A DNA stretch of 64,000 bases from a virus: positions 13,376 through 77,375 of IMG/VR virus record IMGVR_UViG_3300042453_002958. The stretch is one strand, 5' to 3'. This document shows positions 28,871-39,365 of the stretch, piece by piece (positions within the stretch are counted from its first letter, which is position 1; the number at the start of each line of letters is the position of its first letter). Below the pieces are notes generated by a model, which saw nothing but the letters and a program-made list of their open reading frames with translations, did not search any database and was not told where the DNA came from. The translations under genes were made by a program, and so were the position numbers.

Positions 28871-31186
28871 ATGGCCGGCGCTGGTGGAGTCCGTGCGGGC
28901 GGTGCCTTCGTAGAGATCTACGCGAAGGATACCCGTTTCCAGCAGGCCATGGCCCGCGTGCAGGGACGGCTCAAGGCGATCGGATCCACGATGCAGTCCC
29001 TAGGCACGTCGATGTCGCTGGTCGGCACCGCTTTGGGCATCCCCATGGTGCTCGCCGCCAAGACTGCGGCGAAGTTTGAAGACGCGATGCTCGGCATGAA
29101 GGCCGCGGCCGGCCTGACCGACGGCGAACTAAAGGCCGTCGAGAAGGCGGCCCTCGATTTGTCCAAAACCATGGGGGTCGCGCCGTCCGGCATCGCGGAG
29201 GCGTTTCTGGAGTTGCTCAAGGCCGGCATGTCGCTGGAGCAGGTGCTGGGCGGTGCGGGCAAGGCGGCCGTGGAGTTCGCCCGCGTGTCGGGCGTCGAGA
29301 TGGCAGAGGCAGCTGTGTTCATGAAGGTCTCGATGAACACGTTTGGAGTTTCGGCCACCGAAGCCGTCGATACGCTCTCTGCTGCTGCGGACGCGAGCGA
29401 AACGTCGATCGCGGCGATGGTTGAATCGTTCGGGCTTGTCGGGTCTGCGGGGGCATTGTTCAACCAATCACTGTTCGATATTTCGCAAGGTCTCGCGGTG
29501 CTCGCCCGCTTCGGCATCAAGGGCGAGGAAGCCGGCACGGGGATCAAGACTGCCCTCATGCGTCTCACGTCGCCCTCGATGGAGGCGGAGGAGGCGCTGG
29601 CGAAGATCGGGCTGACGCTCGAAAACTTTCGCAACGTGGACGGCGAGCTGTTGCCGCTCGTGCAGATCGTCGGCGTTCTCGAAAAGGCGCTTGAGGGCGT
29701 AGACCAGGTCATGAGAGACAGGATTCTCGGCCAGGTCTTTGGCGATCGCGGTATTCGTGTTGTCGGTGCGTTCCTCAACGTAGGCGTCGAAGGCTTCGGT
29801 GACATCGCGGACGCGATGGAGGCCAACCTGCCGGTCGCGATGAAGTTTCAGATCCTCATGAGCGGAATCACCGGTGCGCTGCAGACCATGTACGCCGCCG
29901 TGGAGCGGTTGTCGATTGCGTTCGCCAAGGCCCTTGGCCCAAACATCGGCTACGCGGCTGCGGCGGCCGCACGATTCATCGACGTCGTGGCGGCCCTCAT
30001 TGCCGCGTTCCCCGGCGTGGCGACGGCCGCGGCTGCAGGCACGGCTGCTCTGGTAGGGCTCGGCGTGGTGCTCATCACGACCGGGCTCGCGTTCAAGGTG
30101 CTGGCCGCTGCCGTCGGCATCTTCTCGGCGGCATTGGCCCTGCTCACTTCGCCGATCGGTATAGCCACGGCGGCGCTCGTGGGCGGCGTGGCGATCATGC
30201 TCGCGAATATGTACCAGCTATCGCCGGAGTTTGCGGCAGAGATGGACGCGATTATGGCGGCAGCCATGTCGCTGGATTTCGGCGTCGCGTGGGAGCTGAT
30301 GAACATAAACCTAGCGATCGCATTGGTGAAGTTTCAGCAGTATTGGCACGACACATTTTCCGCCGTCAAAAATACCGTGATGGGCGTGAGCGACTTCATT
30401 GGCGACATGCTCACGGAGGGGCTCGACAGGTTTCTCGGCTTGTTCGGATCGGACATTCTCTGGATGCAGGCCCAGTTGGAGCGTCTCGGCCTGTATTTCA
30501 AGGCGGCTTTCGATTGGGATTTCTGGATCAACGGGCTAGATGACGCCATCGCGGAGGTCGATGCCCGCGTGGAGCGTGAGCGCGAATCGCTGCCCACAGC
30601 CGACGCGAGAGCAGCGGCGAGGGAGTTCGAGCGAGATAGGCGGGCAGAAGAAAGACGCGCGGCTGACGCCGCGGCGGCGGATCTCACTCCGGAAGTCATC
30701 GCGGACCTGGAAGCACAACGGGATCGCATAAAGAGGCGTGCGGCTGCTGAGCGAGAGGCAAGAAAGCAGGAGACGAAGGGCAGCGAGGCAAAGCGTGGAG
30801 GGCCTGAGTTTCCGAACATGGACCCCACCGTTGGCGGCGTGAGCGCCAGGTCGATCGGCACGTTCTCGGCTGCGATCGCCGGGCGGGTCGGTGTCGGTCC
30901 GGAGTTGGCAACGATGCACACGATCGCGGCCAACACCGGAAGGGCTGCAGATGCGCTAGAAGGGATGCTCCGTGGTGACTTCAAGGGGGCCGCTCCGATC
31001 GGTGACGTCGAGGCCATGCGAGATGCCATAGCCGCCGCCGCCAAGAGTCCAGAGGCTGCGGTCGCCGGCGGCGCCGAGTCGCTGGTGACCCCAATGGAAA
31101 TGACGGCCGCGTCTGTCGGCGAGGCCGCGCGTCATTTGAGCGAGCTGGTGAAGCTCGCCCGCTCCGGCGGTATCGCGTTCGCATAG
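28871..31186 (+). CDS. Tail tape measure protein (TP901-type core)
   Basis: AGGAFVEI, FEDAM, G.KGEEAGT.IK..L.RL. Confidence 0.9.
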   Translation: MAGAGGVRAGGAFVEIYAKDTRFQQAMARVQGRLKAIGSTMQSLGTSMSLVGTALGIPMVLAAKTAAKFEDAMLGMKAAAGLTDGELKAVEKAALDLSKTMGVAPSGIAEAFLELLKAGMSLEQVLGGAGKAAVEFARVSGVEMAEAAVFMKVSMNTFGVSATEAVDTLSAAADASETSIAAMVESFGLVGSAGALFNQSLFDISQGLAVLARFGIKGEEAGTGIKTALMRLTSPSMEAEEALAKIGLTLENFRNVDGELLPLVQIVGVLEKALEGVDQVMRDRILGQVFGDRGIRVVGAFLNVGVEGFGDIADAMEANLPVAMKFQILMSGITGALQTMYAAVERLSIAFAKALGPNIGYAAAAAARFIDVVAALIAAFPGVATAAAAGTAALVGLGVVLITTGLAFKVLAAAVGIFSAALALLTSPIGIATAALVGGVAIMLANMYQLSPEFAAEMDAIMAAAMSLDFGVAWELMNINLAIALVKFQQYWHDTFSAVKNTVMGVSDFIGDMLTEGLDRFLGLFGSDILWMQAQLERLGLYFKAAFDWDFWINGLDDAIAEVDARVERERESLPTADARAAAREFERDRRAEERRAADAAAADLTPEVIADLEAQRDRIKRRAAAEREARKQETKGSEAKRGGPEFPNMDPTVGGVSARSIGTFSAAIAGRVGVGPELATMHTIAANTGRAADALEGMLRGDFKGAAPIGDVEAMRDAIAAAAKSPEAAVAGGAESLVTPMEMTAASVGEAARHLSELVKLARSGGIAFA

Positions 31187-31194
31187 GCAAACCA

Positions 31195-32139
31195 ATGGCA
31201 TATCCAGAAGTTATCGAGCTGTTTGATTCAGGCTCCGGCGGCCTGACGACGAACGACAAGGGTGGTCTGGAACGAGAGGTCACCCTACGGTGGCTCGTCT
31301 CGCAGAAGGCAAACTACCTGGCTGCCGAGCAGTGGGCCGTCGCAAACGCACCGCTCTACTGGTCTGGCCACAAGCGGGCCAGGCTCGACATTCGCGGATT
31401 GGGCAACTACTGGTGGGAGATCTCTGCCCAGTACGTGAATCTGTCGATTGAGTCCGACGAGGAGGAGCCGGATCCGCAGTCACAGGACTCCGGGTCTGGT
31501 TGCCAGGGGGTCTCGACGAGTATTTCGTTCGACACGAGCAGCGGCACCGCCCATATCACTCAGGCGAATAAGACAAACACGGCCGGGCTCGCGGGGGCCA
31601 CCGGGCAGGCCAAGTACGCCAAGGCCGGCGAGACCGCGCCGGATACCGAAGGGGCCATCGACATCGAGGGGGACCAGGTCCGCGGCGTGGACGTGACGGT
31701 TCCGGCGTTCACGTTCTCGGAGACCTGGACGTTCCCAGCGGCGTGCGTCGTCGAGTCGTACCTTGAAACGCTCTACGAGCTTTCCGGCAAGATCAACAAC
31801 GCGCCGTGGCGGATGTTTGGAAAGGGCGAGGTGCTGTTTCTCGGCGCTCGCGGCCAAGCCGAGCGCGGGGCGACGACTTGCCAAGTCACGTTCTCGTTCT
31901 CTGCCAGTCCGAATAAGACCGGCATACAGATCGGCGCAATCACCGGCATCGACAAGGGTGGCTGGGACTACCTCACGGTTACCTACGACACGGTTGCCGC
32001 CGCCGGGTCGCTCATCAAGCGGCCTCGATACGTCTACGTCAGCAGCGTCTACGAAGGCGCAGACTTCTCTCGGCTCGCTATCGGTGGCACACAGTTCCCA
32101 AGCGTGTACCAGCCGAAAAAGAACTTTGAGGCAAAGTGA
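31195..32139 (+). CDS. Distal tail/baseplate protein
   Basis: Follows tape measure; GKINN..W..F..GEVLFLGA. Confidence 0.6.
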   Translation: MAYPEVIELFDSGSGGLTTNDKGGLEREVTLRWLVSQKANYLAAEQWAVANAPLYWSGHKRARLDIRGLGNYWWEISAQYVNLSIESDEEEPDPQSQDSGSGCQGVSTSISFDTSSGTAHITQANKTNTAGLAGATGQAKYAKAGETAPDTEGAIDIEGDQVRGVDVTVPAFTFSETWTFPAACVVESYLETLYELSGKINNAPWRMFGKGEVLFLGARGQAERGATTCQVTFSFSASPNKTGIQIGAITGIDKGGWDYLTVTYDTVAAAGSLIKRPRYVYVSSVYEGADFSRLAIGGTQFPSVYQPKKNFEAK

Positions 32140-32930
32140 TGTCCTCCGGCGACCCGTATCGCAAGGCGCAGCCTGGCGAGAAGCTCACCATCCATGCGGC
32201 GACGTGGAACCGGATGGTGGACCTCGTCAGGCCGGCGGCTTCGTCGGCCCCAGGCGAGGAGTTTTCGTACCGGCGGACCAACTTTCGCGTCTATTGCCGA
32301 AATGATACGAGCGAAACGATACCGCAGTGGGGGGTGTTGCACATCGACGGCGTATTGCCTACGCCAAGCGGTGCGACTGGAGCCGAGGCCGACCAGTTTC
32401 AGTCGTCGCCAGCGATCATTGGCATCACGCCAACCGGGACGACCAACGCTGGCTTCGTGGTTGCGGTGGAGCCGATTGAGAAAGATCAGTTGGGGATGGT
32501 GGCGATCGACGGCGTCGTCCAGTGCAAGTTGGACATCAAGGCTGCGGATCATCGGTTTGCCACGCCCAAGCCCGGCTCGGCGACCGAGCTGCAGACGGCG
32601 TCGTCCGGCGAGGCTGCGATTCTCTGGAAAGAGTCGGGCACCGGGACTGGCAAGTGGGGGCTCGTTCGGATTGGGGCCGGGGCGGGGGGCGGCGTGATGG
32701 TTGGCAAGATCACCGGGACGTGGGCAAAGGGTGGCACGCAAACGGTTTGGGAGCACACGGGCGCGGGCGAGCAGGTCAGCGGGCCTAGCGGGCCGGTTTC
32801 CATTACCGGCGTGAACAGATTTGCCAGCGTGTCCGCGACGGGGTCTGCGGCGAAGTGGGTGGCCGTGGCCAACGTCGATTCTCATTGGCACCTCATCGCG
32901 GCGGAGTGTTCTGATGATCCTCCTGCCTAA
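32139..32930 (+). CDS. Minor tail protein
   Basis: PGEKL.I.A.TWN; AVEPI...G motif. Confidence 0.6.
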   Translation: MSSGDPYRKAQPGEKLTIHAATWNRMVDLVRPAASSAPGEEFSYRRTNFRVYCRNDTSETIPQWGVLHIDGVLPTPSGATGAEADQFQSSPAIIGITPTGTTNAGFVVAVEPIEKDQLGMVAIDGVVQCKLDIKAADHRFATPKPGSATELQTASSGEAAILWKESGTGTGKWGLVRIGAGAGGGVMVGKITGTWAKGGTQTVWEHTGAGEQVSGPSGPVSITGVNRFASVSATGSAAKWVAVANVDSHWHLIAAECSDDPPA

Positions 32931-34104
32931 CTGCACCTGCTGCGGATGCTCGGAAGAATGTTGCCGCACGCGCACCTACTCATACGAAGACACCGAGCCT
33001 CCAGGCAAATGGTTTGACGAATGTCCGAACATCGGAAACTGCGCCGATGGAGAAGATGCCGTCGTCGGCGACTGCGCTGATGATGTGATAGAGGGATACA
33101 TTGTCGAGCGTTTCTGCAAGCAGTCGATAGCAGGCAAGGAGATCCACGCATTTCTGCGGGAAAACTCCAAGATCGACGACTACGGGACGATCGCGGGAAT
33201 CGACACTATCGAGGAGTGCGGAATCCTCGGGATCATAGAGGCAGATCACGACATCACCAGCGAGTTGGAGTTTGAGGATGACGGGGCTTACTTGATCGCA
33301 AAGGTTCCGTTCCGCGCTGAAAACAGTCAGCTCGGCGGACCAGTCGGTGCTGCGGGCGTTGTGATCTGTTGGTGCTGTGTTGATCCGCAAGAGCCGCCGC
33401 CCGAAGGCGGCGTGTGCCCTTGCTGTGCCGGACCGCCGCCCCCTCCCCCGCCGTCTTGCTGCTCAAAACTGGATACGTGCGAGGATGGAACTCTTATCAA
33501 GAGGTGCGGTAAATACGTCCCGTCTCAATGTTGTAGCTCGCACCAAGAAGATAGTGAGTCTGCGGTCGAGATATGCGGAGGCGAGAGTCCCCCCGTTATC
33601 TCTTGCGAGGAGAACGGCCACTTCCCTGCGACCAATGCTCCGCACGACTGCCTAAACAGCGAGTTCCAGGGCGGCGCGTGGGTTACTGTTTCCGACTGGT
33701 CTGCTTTTGATCCGGCCGAGACAGACCCAGACCTGATCGCGCTGTATGCCGAGGTTGACTCAAAGGTGAACCAGTCGTTTTTTGTTCCGTTTACTTGTCT
33801 AGGCGCAGCCACGAAGACGTTCGATCTTGGCGTCGGAGCCGGAGCCGATAGGACAACTGCCGGCACTCGCTGCAATGACGCGAACTGGTTTGCAGAAGTG
33901 AGCGTCAATCTCTGCGCAAGAACTGCATCCGTAACTGTCAGCAACGACAGTTGCTGGTCTGCTACGGCTGTAGGAATAAACCTCTCGGACCTTACGGCTA
34001 TCGGCGTTCCGTGCAACTCGTGGACCGGGTGCATCTGCGAGGGGTTCAGTGGAGAGAACGAAGGATTCGGAGGCGGCGAGGTTGCCGTTTCCGCCTCCGC
34101 ATAA
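32914..34104 (+). CDS. Cys-rich tail-associated protein
   Basis: Many CC/CxC motifs, lower GC. Confidence 0.6.
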   Translation: MILLPNCTCCGCSEECCRTRTYSYEDTEPPGKWFDECPNIGNCADGEDAVVGDCADDVIEGYIVERFCKQSIAGKEIHAFLRENSKIDDYGTIAGIDTIEECGILGIIEADHDITSELEFEDDGAYLIAKVPFRAENSQLGGPVGAAGVVICWCCVDPQEPPPEGGVCPCCAGPPPPPPPSCCSKLDTCEDGTLIKRCGKYVPSQCCSSHQEDSESAVEICGGESPPVISCEENGHFPATNAPHDCLNSEFQGGAWVTVSDWSAFDPAETDPDLIALYAEVDSKVNQSFFVPFTCLGAATKTFDLGVGAGADRTTAGTRCNDANWFAEVSVNLCARTASVTVSNDSCWSATAVGINLSDLTAIGVPCNSWTGCICEGFSGENEGFGGGEVAVSASA

Positions 34105-34113
34105 TGGTGGTGC

Positions 34114-34524
34114 ATGAACGAAATGTGTCAGTTTGAGCGGCAAGAAGACGGTGGCCTCGCGTGCCGAGTTTGCGGCCTGCGTGCCCCAAAAAGCTCCTCC
34201 AGTCCCGTCGCTGCTTGCCGTCCCCGTCGCCCGATAGTCTCCGCAGAACCGCAAGTCCCGATCTTTCGGAAAGCGGGAAACTTCGCGGTATCGGCAGCCA
34301 AGCACGTCGCCGCCGGGGCTCCACGATGCACGGACGAGCAGGTCGCAGCGCGTTACGCGATCTGCGTCGGGTGCGAGCACTACGACGGGAGCGAGTGCCG
34401 GAAGTGCGGATGCCCCGTCGTTCGGAAACGCCAGTGGGTCAGCAAACTCTCCTGGGCCGGAGAGTCGTGCCCGGCCGGCAAATGGGGGCCGGTTACCGGG
34501 GTTGACGCCCCTCCCCAGCCGTAG
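34114..34524 (+). CDS. Cys-rich Zn-binding protein (DUF6171-like)
   Basis: R..IC..C......C..CGC....K......CP.GKW. Confidence 0.7.
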   Translation: MNEMCQFERQEDGGLACRVCGLRAPKSSSSPVAACRPRRPIVSAEPQVPIFRKAGNFAVSAAKHVAAGAPRCTDEQVAARYAICVGCEHYDGSECRKCGCPVVRKRQWVSKLSWAGESCPAGKWGPVTGVDAPPQP

Positions 34525-34565
34525 ACACTCGACCAGGTGGACGGCGGTACACCGCGGAGGTGCCG

Positions 34566-34817
34566 ATGGCTGATCGTCTCGTGGATCGGATCGCGGACCG
34601 GGTTTCGCGGCTGGAGCGAAAACCCCGCAACTTCTTCGAGCGGCTCCCGCCGGAGGCGCAGGCCGAGCTGCTCGACGTTCGCCGGCGGTTTCAGTCCGGT
34701 GAGCTGCAGACCTCCGCGTCGGCTCTCGCCGACCTCTTGATCGAGGAGTCGGCGGCCGACGGGATCGAGTTGTGCGGACCCCAGGGGCTGCGGGTATGGC
34801 TGACGCGAAACGACTGA
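34566..34817 (+). CDS. Hypothetical protein
   Basis: GGAGG RBS. Confidence 0.55.
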   Translation: MADRLVDRIADRVSRLERKPRNFFERLPPEAQAELLDVRRRFQSGELQTSASALADLLIEESAADGIELCGPQGLRVWLTRND

Positions 34818-35875
34818 CCGACCGGGTGGTCGAGCGTGCCGAGCAAGCCGACCGGCTCGCGGCCGACGCCGAGATCGCCCGGCTGCGTTCGGAGGTGGCG
34901 TCGTACCGCAAGCGGTACAGCGACGCCCTCGCGGCCATCGACCGCGAGCGTGACCGGGCCGACGCGGCCCTCTCGCTCCGGGGGCTGGAGCCGGTGCGGA
35001 GCAAGCCGCCCGGCAAGCGGACCGCCAAGCGGCACGCGGCCACCATGGTTTTCATGCTCTCGGACATTCACTGCGAGGAGCGGGTGGACCCGGCGACCGT
35101 CAACGGCGAGAACGACTACTCGCTCGACGTGTGCCAGCGGCGGCTCGACGAGTTGCAGCGGCGGCTGTTCACGATGCTCGACCACGAGCGGGGGCTGGCC
35201 GACATCCGGCGGATGGTGGTTTGGCTGGGCGGCGACTTCATCACGGGGCACATTCACCCGGACTGCGTGGAGGTCACGCAGCTGACCCCGCCCAACGCGA
35301 CCCGGTGGATCGGCGAGCGGCTCCGCGGGATGCTCGACGCGATCGCCGAGCGGGTCGAATCGGTGATCGTCTGCACCAACGCGGGCAACCATGGGCGGAG
35401 CACCGAGAAGCTCCGGATCGCCACCGAGCTGGACCACTCGTGGGAGCAGCTCATGTACCACACGCTCGCCCGGGAGGAGCGAAACGCCAACGTCGAGTGG
35501 CGGATCGCGACCGGGCACCTCGGCTACGTGGACCTGGACGGGTTCATTCTCCGCACGACCCACGGCCACTCGATCCGCTACGCCGGCGGCGTCTACGGGT
35601 TGGCCCTGCCGGCCAGCAAGGCGATCGCGGCGTGGGACGTGAGCCGCCGGGCGGACCTGACGATCTTCGGGCACTATCACAACTGGGGTTGGCTCCGCGG
35701 TGCCCGCTACGTCTCGAACGGCAGCGTGATCGGCTACTCCCCGTACGCCGTGTACATCAAAGCGAGCAGTGCCGAGCGGCCCTGCCAGGGGCTCGTGGTG
35801 ATCGACCACGGGCGGCACGAAGTGACGAAAGCATACCCATTGTTTTGCGACGCGGACCTACGGGAGACCGCGTGA
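34796..35875 (+). CDS. Metallophosphoesterase
   Basis: LSDIH, GGDFI, GNHGR, HGH, GHYH, NGS. Confidence 0.85.
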   Translation: MADAKRLTDRVVERAEQADRLAADAEIARLRSEVASYRKRYSDALAAIDRERDRADAALSLRGLEPVRSKPPGKRTAKRHAATMVFMLSDIHCEERVDPATVNGENDYSLDVCQRRLDELQRRLFTMLDHERGLADIRRMVVWLGGDFITGHIHPDCVEVTQLTPPNATRWIGERLRGMLDAIAERVESVIVCTNAGNHGRSTEKLRIATELDHSWEQLMYHTLAREERNANVEWRIATGHLGYVDLDGFILRTTHGHSIRYAGGVYGLALPASKAIAAWDVSRRADLTIFGHYHNWGWLRGARYVSNGSVIGYSPYAVYIKASSAERPCQGLVVIDHGRHEVTKAYPLFCDADLRETA

Positions 35876-36606
35876 CGCTTCTCTCCGACGACTACATCGC
35901 CAAGGCCACGGCCGACGCTCGCCGCTACCAGGGCCAGTGGTGCGGCACGGCGGGCAACCTTGCCGCACACACGATGCGGCTCATCCGCGAGCGCGAAAGG
36001 ATTCTCTCGATGCTGGAGCTACGCGACGGGGTTCGGATCATCGGCATCGCCGGCCACATCGGGGCGGGCAAGAGTCTGGTGGCGTCCATGATCCCGGAGT
36101 CCACTCACATTCAATGGGCCGACCCGATCTACCGCGGGCTGTCGGCGATGTTCGACGTGCCCGAGGAGGTTTTGCGGGGCCGGGTCCAGAAAGAGGGGGC
36201 GATGCCGGGGGCCGAGACCACGGTGCGGCACTGTCTCCGCACGCTCGGCACCGAGTGGGGCCGCGACCTGATCCACCCGGACCTGTGGGTTCGGCTGACC
36301 ATGCAGCGGATCGACATGCTCGCGGACCAGACCGGGGCCAACGTCTTCGCCATCTGCGGCACGCGGTTCCCCAACGAAGTCGCCGCGATCCGCGAGCGTG
36401 GCGGGGAGGTTTGGTGGGTGAGCCGGCCCGGCGATGAGCCGGCCGACTGCCCGCACGTCAGCGATCGGATGATCGGCCGCGACGACTGCGACGTGGAGAT
36501 CCAGAACGGCGGCACCATCGACCAGCTCCGGGCGTCGGTTCAAGCGGCATGGGCGGATTTTCTGCGCGCCCGCGGCGTACCTGAACACCCGTACAATGGT
36601 GAATAG
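35872..36606 (+). CDS. dNMP kinase with extra N-terminal domain
   Basis: IIGIAGHIGAGKS, LRTLGTEWGR, RFPNE; close homologue of 1464-2024. Confidence 0.85.
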   Translation: MTLLSDDYIAKATADARRYQGQWCGTAGNLAAHTMRLIRERERILSMLELRDGVRIIGIAGHIGAGKSLVASMIPESTHIQWADPIYRGLSAMFDVPEEVLRGRVQKEGAMPGAETTVRHCLRTLGTEWGRDLIHPDLWVRLTMQRIDMLADQTGANVFAICGTRFPNEVAAIRERGGEVWWVSRPGDEPADCPHVSDRMIGRDDCDVEIQNGGTIDQLRASVQAAWADFLRARGVPEHPYNGE

Positions 36607-36611
36607 AGACC

Positions 36612-36842
36612 ATGGACTCCCTGTTTCGCCAGACCGCCCGCGGCCGTGAGCCGCTCGCATCGTCGAGCGAAGCGGGGCACCACGTTCACTACCAGCCGTC
36701 GCGGCGGGTTGGGATTGGCTCGATCACCAGCCGCCGGCCCGGGCAACCCAAGCCGCTCACGTTCTACGAAATGCTCGCCCTTCAGCTCGGCGTCACGCTC
36801 GCCGAGGCCAAACGACTCCACGCTCTAGGAGAGACTCGCTGA
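36612..36842 (+). CDS. Hypothetical protein
   Basis: ORF coupled to next gene. Confidence 0.5.
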   Translation: MDSLFRQTARGREPLASSSEAGHHVHYQPSRRVGIGSITSRRPGQPKPLTFYEMLALQLGVTLAEAKRLHALGETR

Positions 36843-37336
36843 TGGCCAACTCACTCTCGGTCGCCGGCAACACCCGGATCTCGTGGTCGCTGTCGGACGC
36901 GGACGCCCAGCCGCAGGTGTCGATGTCGGCCCAGCGGTCGTCGGCCCGGGCGATCACCAACGGCACCGGCCCCAACCAGGCCACCGTGGCGTTCACCACC
37001 GCGCTCACGATCACGGGCGTGGGTTCGTCCACCATCAACGTCAACGCGGCCCCGGTGACGTCGTTCGGGTTCGCGGGCAAAGCCGTGTTCACGAACATCC
37101 GCGAGATGCTGGTCTCGGTGCCCACCGGCCCGACGGGCGGCTGGGTGCTGTTCAGCGCCCCCACCGGCACGACCGGGGCGACGGGCGTGGCGGTCCGCGT
37201 CGGCGGGCAGCTGCACCTGGTGGACTACCTCACCGGGATCTCGACGGCCACCGGGGCGTGGACGTTCCAGAACGGCCCGACCGGCACGTACGGCGTGGAC
37301 TTCACGGCGATCGGTCTCGGCTCTTACGCGGACTGA
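36842..37336 (+). CDS. Beta-rich, Thr/Gly-rich protein (possible virion component)
   Basis: Composition; strong codon bias. Confidence 0.55.
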   Translation: MANSLSVAGNTRISWSLSDADAQPQVSMSAQRSSARAITNGTGPNQATVAFTTALTITGVGSSTINVNAAPVTSFGFAGKAVFTNIREMLVSVPTGPTGGWVLFSAPTGTTGATGVAVRVGGQLHLVDYLTGISTATGAWTFQNGPTGTYGVDFTAIGLGSYAD

Positions 37337-37338
37337 CC

Positions 37339-37674
37339 ATGACCGCTGATTTCAGCCGCGTCGAGCTCTACCTGTCGGACGCCCGCAAAGCCGCGGCGGA
37401 CGGGCTGACGTGGGCAGAGTTCGGCGAGCTGCTGGTGGCGTTCTTGAAGATCGCCATGGCCATGTACGACGAGGTCGCGAGCATGACCGGCGAGCAGAAG
37501 AAAGCCGCCGTGCTCGCCGGGGTTGGCCGGCTATTCGACGTGGCGGCCGACAACTGCATCCCGCTCATGCTCTGGCCGGTGTGGGGGCTCGCCCGCGGCC
37601 CGGTCCGGCTCCTGGTGCTGGCCCTCGCCAGCGGTGCCATTGAACAACTTCTCCCGCTCGTGAGGGTCCGATGA
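37339..37674 (+). CDS. Membrane-associated protein (holin candidate)
   Basis: GEQKKAAVL motif, hydrophobic C-terminus. Confidence 0.45.
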   Translation: MTADFSRVELYLSDARKAAADGLTWAEFGELLVAFLKIAMAMYDEVASMTGEQKKAAVLAGVGRLFDVAADNCIPLMLWPVWGLARGPVRLLVLALASGAIEQLLPLVRVR

Positions 37675-38225
37675 TCGCTCTCGCTCTGATCGCCGCCGCG
37701 GCCGTGGCGTTTGGCTGGCCGCAGCTCGCTCCGCTCGTCGAGAAGGCCAAGGCCGTGGCCCCCACGCTCACGCCCCGCCACTACGCCGGCATCGCCCTGG
37801 TGGCTGCGGCGATCGCGTATGGGTTTGCCCCCGGCCCCGGCCCGGCCCCCGGCCCGTCGCCGGCACCCGATCCCGGCCCGCTGTCGCTGCGGGGGTTGTT
37901 CGCCGGCCCCACGGCGTCCGAGGACGCCGTCTTGGTGGGGGCCATGTGCGACGAGATCGCGGACGAGATCCAGTTTGCCGCTGGCCAGCCGGAGGGCTAT
38001 CTGGCCACCGGGGTGGCTGTCGATGAGCTGCGGCGGCGGGTCCGCGAGTTTCGCTGCCGGGGTATTTCGATCGGGGACCGGCAGCCGGCAGCCCGGGACG
38101 CGATCGCCAAGTTTCTCGAAGGGGCGGTCGGCACGGACGGCGGCCCGCTGAGTGCCGAGCAGCGATCGGCGTGGGTGGCGGCGTACCGCGACGTGGGGAG
38201 GGCGGCGACCGATGCGGCGAAGTAG
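37671..38225 (+). CDS. Membrane-anchored protein with Pro-rich linker
   Basis: Two N-terminal hydrophobic helices, PGPGPAP linker. Confidence 0.6.
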   Translation: MIALALIAAAAVAFGWPQLAPLVEKAKAVAPTLTPRHYAGIALVAAAIAYGFAPGPGPAPGPSPAPDPGPLSLRGLFAGPTASEDAVLVGAMCDEIADEIQFAAGQPEGYLATGVAVDELRRRVREFRCRGISIGDRQPAARDAIAKFLEGAVGTDGGPLSAEQRSAWVAAYRDVGRAATDAAK

Positions 38226-39357
38226 CGAATGGACCTGGTCGGCGATCGCGTTCGTCGTGTTCGCGGCGGTGCTGGGCACGCTCGTGTCCCGCTACGTGTC
38301 GCGGATCGCCGACAGGGTCGAGACGAACTACGGTTACCTGCCGGACCCGGAGGGGACGCGGGAGTTTCTCCGCGAGCTCGACCAGCCGATGTTTCGCCAG
38401 GCCGGGGCCGAGGTGATCGCCGGGGCCAAGGGCCACGACGCATACCTCTATCGGTTCGCTGACCGCTGCCACCGGCAGAAGTACGGCAAGCCATTCGGGC
38501 CGTGGAACCAGGGGCCGCACGGGTCGTGCGTGTCGTTTGGCTGGGCGATGGGCTCCTACGTTGGCCAGTGCGTTGACCACGTCGCGGGCGGGCTGGCGGA
38601 GTGCCCGCTGCTGGTGGCGACCGAGCCGATCTACGGCGGCTCGCGGACCGCGGGGCGGATGCCGCCGGTGGTCACGGCCGGGTATTCGGACGGCTCCTAC
38701 GGCGGGGCCGCGGCCCGCTGGGTGTCGGGCCGGTGCCGCGACACCACCGTGGGCGGGATCCTGTACCGGCAGAAGTACGGCGACGTCGATCTCTCGGCGT
38801 ACTCGATCGACCGCTCCCGGGCGTGGGGCAACTCGGGCGTGCCGAAGCCGCTCGCGGTGCTGGCCAACCAGCACACCGCCACGGCCGTCGCCCTGTGCGA
38901 AGACTGGGACTCCCTGGTCTCGGCTCTTGAGTCGGGCATGTGCGTCCCGGTGTGCTCGAACGTCGGGTTCGCGTCCGGCGACCGCGACGCCGATGGGTTC
39001 TGCCGACGGGCGTCCACCTGGAACCATTGCCTCGTGGCGATCTCTGTGAAGTACGCCAAGAACAACGGCCCGGGCTCCGCCACCCCGATGAAGAATCCCC
39101 GCGACGGCGTCCTGCTGATGAACAGCTGGGGCTCCTACGTGGGCGGGGGCAAGCACCCGCTCGATCAGCCGGACGGCTCGTTCTGGATCACGCGGGCCGA
39201 CGCCGAAGCGATTCTTGCCCAGGGCGATTCGTTCGTAATCGGCTCGGTCAACGGCTTCAAGTACCGCGACCTCGACCACGCCGGCTGGCTGCAGCCGGCC
39301 CCGGCCCCAACCGACGCCGCGAAGGTGCCGGCCATCAACCACTCGCTCGCTCTGTAG
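38212..39357 (+). CDS. Papain-like (C1-type) cysteine peptidase with N-terminal TM anchor
   Basis: NQG..GSCVSFG (Q,C), WNHC (H), MNSWG (N), GSFWI. Confidence 0.85.
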   Translation: MRRSSEWTWSAIAFVVFAAVLGTLVSRYVSRIADRVETNYGYLPDPEGTREFLRELDQPMFRQAGAEVIAGAKGHDAYLYRFADRCHRQKYGKPFGPWNQGPHGSCVSFGWAMGSYVGQCVDHVAGGLAECPLLVATEPIYGGSRTAGRMPPVVTAGYSDGSYGGAAARWVSGRCRDTTVGGILYRQKYGDVDLSAYSIDRSRAWGNSGVPKPLAVLANQHTATAVALCEDWDSLVSALESGMCVPVCSNVGFASGDRDADGFCRRASTWNHCLVAISVKYAKNNGPGSATPMKNPRDGVLLMNSWGSYVGGGKHPLDQPDGSFWITRADAEAILAQGDSFVIGSVNGFKYRDLDHAGWLQPAPAPTDAAKVPAINHSLAL

Positions 39358-39365
39358 GTGACCCC

